Source: Pyrinomonadaceae bacterium
GTDB lineage: Bacteria; Acidobacteriota; Blastocatellia; Pyrinomonadales; Pyrinomonadaceae
Length of the DNA: 64,000 bases
Reading direction: 5' to 3'
NCBI GenBank assembly: GCA_036279935.1
Contig: DASURS010000253.1
Location: 95-64,094 of the forward strand
Each line of letters begins with the position of its first letter. The first letter of the stretch is position 1. Shown here one piece after another: positions 26,508 through 36,021 of the stretch. The notes under the pieces were generated by a model that was given only the letters and a program-made list of their open reading frames with translations, had not been told where the DNA came from and ran no database searches. A program made the translations under genes and the position numbers.

Positions 26508-28259
26508 CTAAAAACTCAGCTTCCAACTCAGCTTGCCCGGCCGCCCGGAAAAACGCCAGCAAGCAGAAATCGCGTCACTCATTTCGCCATAATCTCGCGA
26601 CACCGGTTGACTCTCCAACACCGGCTCGCCTCCATTCAACGATGAAACTAACAAACGCCGGTTACTGTCACACGCCTGAACCGCGGATCCGTGTACCTCT
26701 ATTTGTAAACCCGGTGCAAAGTGAAACCGCACCTCGAATTCGTGATCCCCGGCTTCTGGAAAGTCATCTTCAATTAACCAGTGGCGTTCCTGTTTGTCGA
26801 AATTAACCGTGCGGCGGTGAGTGACTGGATGTTTTAATCGACGATAGCCGTAATGCTCGGCGACGATCTTGTCTGCTTCCCATGAAAGCACTCGCGGGCG
26901 TGCTTCGTCGCCGATGACGAACGGCATGTCGCGATGCGTCGTGTTCTGTTCGACGCCGTCGATCTTGACGGTCGAATGGTACGCGGTGGAACGGAAGTCA
27001 TGTCGCTTTTGCAGGTCGCCGGTGTACACGTACGTGCCCGGATCGACGATGAACGCGGTTTTCCCTGCCGCGACTTCGATACTCAACGCGTCGTTGTGTC
27101 CGTGCGAGCCGCGGCCGTTGATGCCCGCGCCGCTCGCGTTGAAACACAGGTACAGATCTTCATGCCGCATGATGTACGTGCCGGCGTGCGGAAACGCTTT
27201 CGAATCGGTTTCCGGTTGGCGCAATGCGGGATCGTTCAAGATTTGGGCGCCGATTTCCAGAAGATAACCATGATCGTCCGCACGCCTTGGCTGAAGCGGA
27301 AGGAATTGCCCGCCGTCCGTGTCGCCGATCAGCGGAGCAAATCCGTCGGGCCGCAGGTAACCGCGAATGTACAAGAGCATCGAGCGAAGCGTGGACCAGT
27401 ATTTCGCGTCGATGTCGATTCCGTTGTCGCGGCAGAGGGCGAAGGAATAGAGAAACAGTTCGGTGACAAACCGGTGGTAACCGGTTGACGATTCGAAGTC
27501 TGCGCCGTCGGGCAGAACCTGCTTGTCCATTTCACGCAGCATTTCCCGGAGACCGAACTCACGCCAACTCTCAGCGTCGCGAAGCTCAGGCGCCATCACT
27601 CCGATCCACAGCAGCCCCGCGACGTCGGAGAGATAGTGATTGCTCGTAGCCACGTAAGAAAATTCAAGATTCTGACGGATGAAACGGCCGTGCTGCTGCA
27701 AGAGGCGCAGAACAAATTGCGTGTCTAGCTGTGGCGACTCACGGAAGAAATGAAACGCCGCAAGCACGTTGATCGCGCGCAGTGCGACTTCCATCGCGCA
27801 CGTCCAGTTTGGCCCACGGCCGTAAGGATTTTGTTCGCTCCAGCTTCGTAGCTGTTCGAGGAATGCGACGGTAAGTTGCTCGTCATGGTTGAGCGCATAA
27901 GCGCGACCGAGGGCGATGAGATGAGCCAGGCGATTAAGCTCCCAAACATTGCGCACGTCCGAACCGTCCGAGCGCATCAGCTTGATGTCTCGGTGGTAAT
28001 CGAGCGGCCAGAGATAACCGGAACGTGGGTCGCGTCGCCATTCGGTTGGTTGGGTGGAGATGTCAGGAGTTATTTGTAAACCCGTGAGGAAGAACTTTGG
28101 TTTGCGATCGACCTTTGAACACAGATCCAACGGTTCGGGATCTCTGCTCGCGAAGCGATCCCGCAAAGAAACGCGCGTGCGACGCAGCGCTTCGAGAGCA
28201 GCCGTCGTCAGTTTTACTTCCCCGCGAACCGCTCGTTTGATTTTCCGCAGCGTACTCAT
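26508..28259 (-). CDS. heparinase II/III-like (alginate-lyase superfamily) protein
   Basis: DIKLMRSDGSDVRNVWELNRLAHL, GPNWTCAMEVALRAINV and HGHNDALSIEV resemble the N- and C-terminal signatures of the heparinase II/III family. That family commonly sits beside AsnB-like genes in EPS loci. Confidence 0.7.
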   Translation of the reverse strand: MSTLRKIKRAVRGEVKLTTAALEALRRTRVSLRDRFASRDPEPLDLCSKVDRKPKFFLTGLQITPDISTQPTEWRRDPRSGYLWPLDYHRDIKLMRSDGSDVRNVWELNRLAHLIALGRAYALNHDEQLTVAFLEQLRSWSEQNPYGRGPNWTCAMEVALRAINVLAAFHFFRESPQLDTQFVLRLLQQHGRFIRQNLEFSYVATSNHYLSDVAGLLWIGVMAPELRDAESWREFGLREMLREMDKQVLPDGADFESSTGYHRFVTELFLYSFALCRDNGIDIDAKYWSTLRSMLLYIRGYLRPDGFAPLIGDTDGGQFLPLQPRRADDHGYLLEIGAQILNDPALRQPETDSKAFPHAGTYIMRHEDLYLCFNASGAGINGRGSHGHNDALSIEVAAGKTAFIVDPGTYVYTGDLQKRHDFRSTAYHSTVKIDGVEQNTTHRDMPFVIGDEARPRVLSWEADKIVAEHYGYRRLKHPVTHRRTVNFDKQERHWLIEDDFPEAGDHEFEVRFHFAPGLQIEVHGSAVQACDSNRRLLVSSLNGGEPVLESQPVSRDYGEMSDAISACWRFSGRPGKLSWKLSF

Positions 28260-29363
28260 CTACGGCGAGACTTCTTCGAGAACGTCGAGGATGCGTTCAG
28301 AGGTGTGTCCGTCCCAAAGCGGCGGTTGCTGTGCGATCTTCTTCCCCGCGCCGTTCAACGCCGCGGCCGCCGCGTTGACGATCTTCTCCGGATCCGTGCC
28401 GACGACGACGTTCGTTCCCATCTCGACCGTGATCGGACGCTCCGTATTCTCGCGCAAGGTCAGACACGGAATTCCAAGCGCCGTCGTCTCTTCCTGGATG
28501 CCGCCCGAATCCGTCAACACGAGCCGCGAGCCGCTGTAGAGATTCAGAAAATCGAGATACCCAAGCGGATCGATAACGCGCAGGTTCTTCATCGCGCTCA
28601 CGCGCTCGCTCAACCCAAGTTCGGCGATCGTCTTGCGCGTCCGCGGATGCACGGGAAAGACGACGGGCAGGCGCGCGCTGATCGTTTCGAGCGCGTCGAG
28701 GATGCGCGCAAACGTCTCAGGAAAATCGACGTTTGACGGGCGGTGCAGCGTCATCACTGCGTAGTCTCGATCACCGACGCCCAGGTCTGCTCGCACCGAT
28801 GATCGTCTAGCCCGTTCGAGGTTTTGTTGCAGCGAGTCGATCATCACATTCCCGACGAACCTTATTCGCTCCTCCGGAATTCCTTCGGCGCGCAGGTTCG
28901 CATCCGCGTCGTGCGATGGCGTGAACAACAGGTCCGCGATCTGATCGGTCAGCAGTCGATTAATCTCCTCCGGCATCGTGCGATCGCGGCTACGCAAACC
29001 CGCCTCGACGTGCGCCACCTTAACGCCCAGCTTCACGCAAACGAGCGCGCACGCGATCGTCGAGTTGACGTCGCCGACGACCAGCACCCAATCGGGCTTC
29101 TCGCGCAGCACGACCGGCTCGAAACGTTCCATCACCGCCGCCGTCTGCACCGCATGAGAGCCGGAGCCGACGCCGAGATGCGTGTCTGGTTGCGGAAGGT
29201 TGAGATCGCGGAAAAACGAGTCGGACATCTCCGCGTCGTAATGCTGTCCGGTGTGAACGACGAGTGGGTGAAACACTTCGGGCCGTTTCTTCATCGCAGC
29301 CACGATGGGCGCCACTTTCATGAAGTTGGGCCGCGCGCCGACGACGTTTATTACTTTGAGCAT
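28260..29363 (-). CDS. wecB: UDP-N-acetylglucosamine 2-epimerase (non-hydrolysing)
   Basis: MLKVINVVGARPNFMKVAPI..., HTGQHYD, LTDSGGIQEE motifs. Confidence 0.92.
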   Translation of the reverse strand: MLKVINVVGARPNFMKVAPIVAAMKKRPEVFHPLVVHTGQHYDAEMSDSFFRDLNLPQPDTHLGVGSGSHAVQTAAVMERFEPVVLREKPDWVLVVGDVNSTIACALVCVKLGVKVAHVEAGLRSRDRTMPEEINRLLTDQIADLLFTPSHDADANLRAEGIPEERIRFVGNVMIDSLQQNLERARRSSVRADLGVGDRDYAVMTLHRPSNVDFPETFARILDALETISARLPVVFPVHPRTRKTIAELGLSERVSAMKNLRVIDPLGYLDFLNLYSGSRLVLTDSGGIQEETTALGIPCLTLRENTERPITVEMGTNVVVGTDPEKIVNAAAAALNGAGKKIAQQPPLWDGHTSERILDVLEEVSP

Positions 29364-29364
29364 T

Positions 29365-29466
29365 AGGTCTTCAGTCTTTGGCCTTAGGTCTTTGGTTTGG
29401 TTCCAAGCCTAAGACCGAGGACGCAAGTCCAAAGACCGAAGACCCAAAACCAAAGGCCCAAGGCCG
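29365..29466. repeat. intergenic hairpin with AAGACC/CCAAAG-word arms
   Basis: GGTCTTCAGTCTTTGGCCTTAGGTCTTTGGTTTGG ... CCAAAGACCGAAGACCCAAAACCAAAGGCCCAAGGCC. GGTCTTCAGTCTTTGG pairs with CCAAAGACCGAAGACC, and alternative registers are possible. Confidence 0.88.
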
Positions 29467-30801
29467 CTATAAACGTATGATCCGCGCCTTGCTGTCGCGC
29501 CGAAGCTCGCCGTTCAAGGCGTTGCGCGTGTCGACCACCAGCGGCGCGAGCGCACAGACTCGTTTGTAGTCGATCTCGCTGTGATCCGTGACGATGATGA
29601 GGCAGTCGGCATTGCGCAACTCTTCATCCGTGAGCGGCACCGACGACAACGGCTCGCCGCCGCCTTCCGTGTGCGCATCGTCGAAACGAATCTCTTTCAC
29701 GAACGGATCGTGATAGCGCACCTGCGCGCCTTTCGCACGCAGCCGATCGATGATCGACAGCGCCGGGCTCTCGCGCACGTCGTCGACGTCTCGCTTGTAA
29801 GCGACGCCGAGCAGCAGAACGTTCGATCCGTTCAACGGTTTGCGTTCGTCGTTCAGCCCGTCCGAAACCAACTGGACCACGTGCTCAGGCATGCGTGAAT
29901 TGACTTCTTCGGCGAGACTGATGAAGCGCGAGTCGAAACCATGCTGCCGCGCTTTCCACGACAGGTAATGCGGATCGAGCGGAATGCAGTGTCCGCCGAT
30001 CCCCGGTCCGGGATAGAACGCCATGAACCCAAAGGGCTTCGTCGCCGCCGCGCGAATCACTTCCCAGGTGTCAATATTCAGCGCGTAACAAAGGCGCGCC
30101 ATTTCGTTTGCCATGCCGATGTTCACCGCACGGAACGTGTTTTCGAGCAGCTTCGCCGTCTCCGCGACGCGAGCGGAGGTGACGGAGTGAACGTCATTGA
30201 CGACCTGCGAATAGAGATGCGCCGCGACCAGCGTCGAGTCTTCAGTGACGCCGCCGACTACCTTCGGAATGTTGTGCGTCAGAAACTGCGGATTGCCGGG
30301 ATCGACGCGCTCGGGCGAGAACGCCAGCAGGAAATCGACGTCGAGTTTCAGCTCGGTCTCTTCAAACATCGGCAACAGCACCTCGTCCGTCGTCCCGGGA
30401 TAAGTTGTCGACTCGAGGATGATCAACTGGCCGCGCCGCAAGCGCTTTTGAATCTGTTCGCTGGCGGCCAGGATGTACGAAACGTCCGGTTCTTTTGTCT
30501 TTCGCAGCGGCGTCGGGACGCAGATGATGATGGCATCGCACTCGCGCAGGTGATTGAAGTCAGTCGTCGCGGTCAATCGCCCGGATTTCACGAGATCGTG
30601 GAGTTTCGTCGCCGGCACGTCGCCGATGTAGGAGTGACCGGCGTTGATCTGTTTCGCCTTGTTTTCGTCGACTTCGAAACCGGTGGCCTGGAACCCTTTT
30701 GACGCAAATTCGGCCAGCAACGGGAGGCCGACGTAACCGAGCCCGATCACCCCGACGTGGGCCTGCTTGTTCGTAATTAAGTTCATCAACTCGTTCTTCA
30801 T
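29467..30801 (-). CDS. nucleotide-sugar dehydrogenase (UDP-ManNAc/UDP-GlcNAc 6-dehydrogenase type, WecC/WbpA/TviB-like)
   Basis: VGVIGLGYVGLPLLAEF Rossmann motif and GGHCIPLDP catalytic Cys motif. Adjacent to wecB. Confidence 0.88.
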   Translation of the reverse strand: MKNELMNLITNKQAHVGVIGLGYVGLPLLAEFASKGFQATGFEVDENKAKQINAGHSYIGDVPATKLHDLVKSGRLTATTDFNHLRECDAIIICVPTPLRKTKEPDVSYILAASEQIQKRLRRGQLIILESTTYPGTTDEVLLPMFEETELKLDVDFLLAFSPERVDPGNPQFLTHNIPKVVGGVTEDSTLVAAHLYSQVVNDVHSVTSARVAETAKLLENTFRAVNIGMANEMARLCYALNIDTWEVIRAAATKPFGFMAFYPGPGIGGHCIPLDPHYLSWKARQHGFDSRFISLAEEVNSRMPEHVVQLVSDGLNDERKPLNGSNVLLLGVAYKRDVDDVRESPALSIIDRLRAKGAQVRYHDPFVKEIRFDDAHTEGGGEPLSSVPLTDEELRNADCLIIVTDHSEIDYKRVCALAPLVVDTRNALNGELRRDSKARIIRL

Positions 30802-30820
30802 AATGGTGGCGAAAGACTAG

Positions 30821-32389
30821 GTGACGCTATCGACAAGTGTCAAGCAAATCATATATATGGGTGTGGTGCCCAACGTTTCCGTAAGGCTCATTCGCGGCCT
30901 TAGCCTGCTCGACGCCACAACCATCGTCGTCGGATCCATGATCGGGTCCGGCATCTTCATAACTTCCGCGGAATCGTCGCGGCTGGTCGGCTCGCCGGGC
31001 TGGTTGCTGATGGCTTGGGCGCTGGCAGGCGTGCTGACGATCACGGGCGCGCTTTGTTGCGCGGAACTCGCCGCGATGTGGCCGCGCGCGGGTGGTCAGT
31101 ACGTGTTTTTGCGCGAGGCTTACGGGCCGGCGACCGGGTTTCTCTTCGGCTGGGGACTGTTTCTGATCATTCAAACGGGGACGATCGCCGCCGTTGCCGT
31201 CGCCTTCGCAAACTTCAGCGGCGTTCTTGTCCATGCGATCTCCGCCGAGCGGTTCCTGATTCCGCAGTTCGTCGTCATCAAGCCATTCACGATCGGCGGA
31301 CTGTCGTTCAACGGCTACGGGCTGAGTCTATCAACGCAACAACTCACCGCGATCCTCATGATCCTGTTCCTGACGTTCGTCAACACCCGTGGGCTGCAAA
31401 CCGGGAAAGTCATTCAAAACACGTTCACGTTCACGAAGACCGCCGCACTGCTCGGGCTGATCCTCGTCGGGTTGCTGCTGGGTTGGAACAGTTTGAGCGC
31501 GGCGTACACATCGTCATGGTGGGCGTCGTGGGAAAACGGCTGGCGTCCGACGGCGGCGCAGGTCTGGTTCGAACCGTCGACGCACGGACTGCTCGTGCTG
31601 GCGCTGGTGATGATGCTTGGGCGAGCGATGGTTGGGCCACTGTTTGCGCAGTCAGCCTGGAACAACGTGACGTTCACGGCGGGTGAAGTCCGAGATCCCG
31701 GAAAAAACCTGCCGCGCGCGTTGTTGATCGGTTGCGGGCTGGTCGTGACGTTCTATCTGTTCGCGAACCTCGCGTACGTCGTGACGCTGCCGCTGGCGGG
31801 CATTCAAAACGCGCCGCAGAATCGGGTCGCAACAGCGGTGATGCAGGCGGTGCTTGGACCGAGCGGGACGATCCTGATGGCCCTCGCGATCATGATCTCG
31901 ACGTTCGGATGCAACAATGGGCTGATACTCGCCGGCGCGCGCGTTTACTACGCGATGGCGCGAGACGGGCTGTTCTTCAAACGAGTCGACAGCGTCAACA
32001 CGCATCACGTGCCGGCGGTGGCCCTGGTCGCCCAGGGGATTTGGGCGTCGCTGCTGGTGCTGCCGCGGACGGTGACTGTGAATCCGCAGACCGGCGCGTA
32101 CACGTTCGGCAACGTCTACACGCAACTGCTCGAATACATCGTCTCCGCGGACCTGATCTTTTACGCGTTGATGGTTGGGGCGGTGATCGTGATGCGACGC
32201 AAGGCGCCGGAGCTCGAGCGACCGTATCGAACGTTCGGCTATCCGATCGTGCCGCTGATCTACATCGTGCTAGCGGTCTTGTTCGTCATCGACCTTGCGA
32301 TCCTTGCGCCGTCGACTTCCGGCATTGGTTACTTGCTGGTGTTCACCGGAATCCCGATCTACTTCGTCTGGCGCCGCAGAAAAGGTTAG
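30821..32389 (+). CDS. APC-superfamily amino acid permease
   Basis: About 12 TM segments. GSMIGSGIF motif near the N-terminus. The start may be the ATG at 30857 rather than the GTG at 30821. Confidence 0.85.
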   Translation: MTLSTSVKQIIYMGVVPNVSVRLIRGLSLLDATTIVVGSMIGSGIFITSAESSRLVGSPGWLLMAWALAGVLTITGALCCAELAAMWPRAGGQYVFLREAYGPATGFLFGWGLFLIIQTGTIAAVAVAFANFSGVLVHAISAERFLIPQFVVIKPFTIGGLSFNGYGLSLSTQQLTAILMILFLTFVNTRGLQTGKVIQNTFTFTKTAALLGLILVGLLLGWNSLSAAYTSSWWASWENGWRPTAAQVWFEPSTHGLLVLALVMMLGRAMVGPLFAQSAWNNVTFTAGEVRDPGKNLPRALLIGCGLVVTFYLFANLAYVVTLPLAGIQNAPQNRVATAVMQAVLGPSGTILMALAIMISTFGCNNGLILAGARVYYAMARDGLFFKRVDSVNTHHVPAVALVAQGIWASLLVLPRTVTVNPQTGAYTFGNVYTQLLEYIVSADLIFYALMVGAVIVMRRKAPELERPYRTFGYPIVPLIYIVLAVLFVIDLAILAPSTSGIGYLLVFTGIPIYFVWRRRKG

Positions 32390-32477
32390 CCACAAAAAGC
32401 ACAAAAAGACACAAAAAGGATGTGATGAGTTGTTGTCGAAAACTACGCCATTCTTTTGTGCCTTTTTGTGGCTACTA
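32387..32477. repeat. CCACAAAAAG-family hairpin between convergent genes; both stop codons are part of the arms
   Basis: TAGCCACAAAAAGCACAAAAAGACACAAAAAGG ... CTTTTGTGCCTTTTTGTGGCTA. The permease stops at TAG 32387-32389. The polymerase stops at TAG on the minus strand at 32477-32475. Confidence 0.92.
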
Positions 32478-34262
32478 CTTGACCCATTCGTCGGCGATCT
32501 CAGTTTCGACCTTCACCGGCACCGTCTTCAAATACTCTTCACCAGCCGCGCACATCACGCGTTCGACTTTCGCCGCGATGTCCTGCGCTTCACCGGCCTC
32601 CGCTTCGACGACGATCTCGTCGTGAATGATGTTGACGATCTTTCCGGTCGTGCCGCCCAGCTCGTCTTTCATCAATCGCAGCGCGCGCTTGAGGATGTCG
32701 GCGCTCGTGCCCTGAATCGGCGTGTTCTTGCCGTTGCGCTGCGTCATCGAGATCTGCTGACGATCGTTTTCGTCGTAACGGAAACGCACGAGACGTCCGG
32801 ACGCCGTGCGCGCCTGGCGATCACTCACCGCTCGATTCGCGGCGTCGCGCAGGTAGCTGTCGAGCTGTCGATACGTCGCGAAGTAGCGGCGCAGAACGTT
32901 CTCCGCGTCGGCAACACTCAACCCGGTCATCAACGCGAAACGCTGCGCGCCGATGCCGTAGACGACGCCGAAGTTTAATCGTTTCGCGAAATCGCGCTGC
33001 TCCTTCGTCACCTGATCGACCGCCGCGTTGAAAACCTGCGACGCCGTGACGCGATGCAGATCCGCGCCGGAGTTGAACGCGTCGATAAACCCGCGATCCC
33101 CGGAAAACTCCGCCAGTATGCGCAACTCGATCTGCGAATAGTCGGCAATGATCAGCTTCCGGCCTTCGGGATGGCCGCTGAAGCAACGCCGATACTCGAC
33201 CGCGTGCGGCACCTGCTGGATGTTCGGGTTCGTGCAGGCGAACCTGCCGGTCGGCGCACCGATCTGGCGGAAGTCGGCGTGCAGGCGATGGGTTACGGGA
33301 TTGATCATCTCGATCATGTTTTCGCCGTAACTCGTCAACGCCTTCTGCACGGTGCGGTACTCGAGCAGCGTTCCGATAATCGGATACTCCGCAGCGAGCG
33401 GTTGCATCTTCCAGTTGCGCGTCGAATCGGGGACCGGAATGCCGAGGCGGTTGAGCGCCTGCGTCAACTGCTGATGCGAATCGAGGTTGATGTCGTTACG
33501 CTGCGGCCCGCCAAACAGTGAGCCTTGCGACGACTCCTCCGCCAACACCTGCTGCAACTGTTCAGCCAGCTCGATGCGCCGTTTCTCGACGATGCCGAGT
33601 TGTTCGAGCCAGCGATCCTTGTGCATGAAAAACCCGGCGAGCTCGATGTCGACCACGGTGTTGACGCACTCAAACTCGAGTTGCGCGCACTTCACCAGCG
33701 ACTCCGACTTCAATCGTTCGATCAGCTTCTCGCGCAGCGGCAACAGGATCGCGGCGTCTCGCGCAGCGTACTCGAGTTGCGCTTCGGACAGTTCGAAGTT
33801 CCAGTTACTCAAGCGTTCGCTCTTGTCGACCGCTTCGTTGAGATAACGGCTGGCGACCGTCTCCAATCCGTGACGCTCCTCGATGTCGCCGGCGCCGACG
33901 AGTTGACTCGCGAGCAGCGTGTCGAACAGTCCGCCGAGATCGACGCCGAGGTTGTGCTTGAGAAACTTCGCGTCAAACTTCGCGTTGTGCGCGATCTTGA
34001 TCGGGCGCGCCGCTTCGAGCAGACGGCGCAACGGAGCGAGCGCGTCACTGTGCGCGGCTTTTCCAATATCGCCGTTCGAGAACGAATCGAAGTCGACAAT
34101 AAACACGCGGTCAGGCGTGGCGAGTTGAATCAGACGCAGTCGCGACGTGAACGGATCGAGATCAGTCGTTTCCGTGTCCAGTCCGACGACGGGCTGTGAG
34201 GAGAGTGCTTCAATTGCTCTGCGGATTTCTTCCGGAGTCTTGATTACCTGGTAATTCGTCAT
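32475..34262 (-). CDS. polA: family A DNA polymerase with 3'-5' exonuclease domain, lacking a 5'-nuclease domain
   Basis: Start set at MTNYQVIKTPEEI (ATG 34262), because the track extension overlaps the DinB-family gene. Exo motifs VGLDTETTDL, HNAKFDAKFL, YAARDA. Pol motifs IADYSQIELRILA, RDFAKRLNFGVVYG, NIIHDEIVVE. About 595 aa, so there is no room for the about 300 aa 5'-3' exonuclease domain. Confidence 0.88.
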   Translation of the reverse strand: MTNYQVIKTPEEIRRAIEALSSQPVVGLDTETTDLDPFTSRLRLIQLATPDRVFIVDFDSFSNGDIGKAAHSDALAPLRRLLEAARPIKIAHNAKFDAKFLKHNLGVDLGGLFDTLLASQLVGAGDIEERHGLETVASRYLNEAVDKSERLSNWNFELSEAQLEYAARDAAILLPLREKLIERLKSESLVKCAQLEFECVNTVVDIELAGFFMHKDRWLEQLGIVEKRRIELAEQLQQVLAEESSQGSLFGGPQRNDINLDSHQQLTQALNRLGIPVPDSTRNWKMQPLAAEYPIIGTLLEYRTVQKALTSYGENMIEMINPVTHRLHADFRQIGAPTGRFACTNPNIQQVPHAVEYRRCFSGHPEGRKLIIADYSQIELRILAEFSGDRGFIDAFNSGADLHRVTASQVFNAAVDQVTKEQRDFAKRLNFGVVYGIGAQRFALMTGLSVADAENVLRRYFATYRQLDSYLRDAANRAVSDRQARTASGRLVRFRYDENDRQQISMTQRNGKNTPIQGTSADILKRALRLMKDELGGTTGKIVNIIHDEIVVEAEAGEAQDIAAKVERVMCAAGEEYLKTVPVKVETEIADEWVK

Positions 34263-34270
34263 TGAGAGGA

Positions 34271-34792
34271 CTAGATTGCCATGAGTCGCTTCAACATCAA
34301 AATCTGCCCTTTGTGTTGGGCTTCGTGATCGATGAGGTGATGAAGGATCCAGCGCAAGTTGTGTTCGGTCGGCTTGTCCTTTCGCTCGAAAACGATGATG
34401 CGATCGAGATCCTTGTCGTTGTATGAGAAGAGCAGGTCGCGTGTTTGGTTGCGAATCTTCGCCGCTTCCTGCAGGCAAAACTCGGTCGTGTATCCATGTC
34501 GCGCGACGCTTTCGACGTCGTCGAGTATGTCCCAGTACGGCGCTTTCTCGTCTTCTTCGGTGAGTTGGTGGCCGCTGACGACCATCTGCATCCAAAACCA
34601 CTCAGCTTCGCCGATGTGCAGCACGAGCGCGCCGATCGAATGCGCGCCGAGAAACGCCGGCTTGCCGATCAAATCGTCAGGAATTGTTTTGACCGCGGCC
34701 ACGAGCTGGCTGCGAACTTCCTCCATTCCGCTCAGGTAGTAACCGATGCCGGTCGACAAACCGGGATGAGGAGTCAGAACTCTTTGTCTCAT
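34271..34792 (-). CDS. DinB-family (DinB/YfiT-like four-helix bundle) protein
   Basis: HIGEAEWFW ... HLIDHEAQHKGQILMLKRL histidine triad pattern of the DinB superfamily. Confidence 0.75.
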   Translation of the reverse strand: MRQRVLTPHPGLSTGIGYYLSGMEEVRSQLVAAVKTIPDDLIGKPAFLGAHSIGALVLHIGEAEWFWMQMVVSGHQLTEEDEKAPYWDILDDVESVARHGYTTEFCLQEAAKIRNQTRDLLFSYNDKDLDRIIVFERKDKPTEHNLRWILHHLIDHEAQHKGQILMLKRLMAI

Positions 34793-34805
34793 TCAATACA
34801 CCCTT

Positions 34806-35861
34806 TCAGTTGCCAGGTAACATTTTACTTTCATGGCTACGAACAAAGATCAATAACAGTATCGCCGCGCTCGCTCCCATGACGGCGCTGACGAGGAAAG
34901 CCGTCGTAGCGCCTTTCCAGTCCCAAATCATACCCATCAACAGCGACGCAGGAAACACCGTGATACCGAAGGCGAGATTATATAGCCCGTAAGCCGTTCC
35001 TCGTTGCTCGGGCCGTACGAGATCCGCGACGAGTGCTTTCTCCGCACCTTCCGCGAGCCCGAAGTAGATTCCGTAGATCAAAAACAGTGCCCACACAGAC
35101 CACGCATTACTCACAAATCCGAAACCGGCGTACACGGCTGCGTAGAGCACCCAACCGGAGACGATCAGACGTTTGCGTCCGAGCCGGTCCGACAGGTCGC
35201 CACCCAACAACGAGCTGAGCACTTTCATTCCGTGATGCGCGGCCCACAGCAACGGAATGATCCCGATCGACACGCCCGACTCCCTCGCGCGCAGTATCAG
35301 AAAACTGTCCGACGAATTGGAAAGCGTGAAGAGAGCGAGAATCACGAGAAAACGTTTGAAGTTGCTGTCGAACCCGCGCAGCGACAGTTTCGGCATCTCG
35401 CCCGCGTCGTGCCGGACCGTTGGCGACTCGCGCATGACAAACATCGCCACCAGCACCGCGATAAAAGCGGGAATCGACGCAAACAGAAAGATCCGAGTGA
35501 AGTTTCCGGCAAAGGCTATCACCAGCAGATAACCGGCGAGCGGGCCGATAACCGCGCCGGCATGATCCATCGCGCGGTGAAATCCGAACGCAAGACCTCG
35601 CTGTTCGATCTGTACGGAGTCGGCAATCATCGCGTCGCGCGGCGCCGTGCGGACGCCTTTTCCGACGCGATCCGTAAGGCGGATCGCCAGCACTTGCACC
35701 CAACTGGTCGCAAACGCGAGCAGCGGCCGCGTCACTGACGCCAGCGCATATCCACCGACAACCAGAAACTTCCGTTTGCCGAGCCGATCGCTGAGGTGAC
35801 CGGCAAACAGTTTCAGCAAACTCGAGATCGACTCCGCGAGTCCTTCGATGATGCCGATCAC
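34806..35861 (-). CDS. MFS transporter (5' end uncertain; the reading frame continues upstream without a canonical start)
   Basis: Multiple TM segments and an MFS loop motif LSDRLGRKRL. The first canonical start is GTG at 35861. The in-frame upstream translation ...LWGRYRKLPANVVAIGLVSLLNDASSEIIYPLLPIFLASSLGASAG looks like a genuine MFS TM1. Confidence 0.75.
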   Translation of the reverse strand: MIGIIEGLAESISSLLKLFAGHLSDRLGKRKFLVVGGYALASVTRPLLAFATSWVQVLAIRLTDRVGKGVRTAPRDAMIADSVQIEQRGLAFGFHRAMDHAGAVIGPLAGYLLVIAFAGNFTRIFLFASIPAFIAVLVAMFVMRESPTVRHDAGEMPKLSLRGFDSNFKRFLVILALFTLSNSSDSFLILRARESGVSIGIIPLLWAAHHGMKVLSSLLGGDLSDRLGRKRLIVSGWVLYAAVYAGFGFVSNAWSVWALFLIYGIYFGLAEGAEKALVADLVRPEQRGTAYGLYNLAFGITVFPASLLMGMIWDWKGATTAFLVSAVMGASAAILLLIFVRSHESKMLPGN

Positions 35862-36021
35862 GCCTGCTGAAGCGCCAAGACTCGACGCGAGGAAGATCGG
35901 AAGCAGTGGATAGATTATTTCGCTGGAAGCGTCGTTGAGGAGACTGACGAGACCGATAGCAACAACGTTAGCGGGCAGTTTCCGGTAACGTCCCCAGAGT
36001 CCGGGACTGTCACGATCGACC

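Noticed and set aside
30802-30856. A leaderless-type promoter (TCGACA-16-TATATA) directly abutting the ATG at 30857 of the amino acid permease.
   Set aside because: The -10-like hexamer ends immediately at the ATG, leaving no distance to a start site. The alternative GTG at 30821 is equally possible. The evidence is too weak to call.
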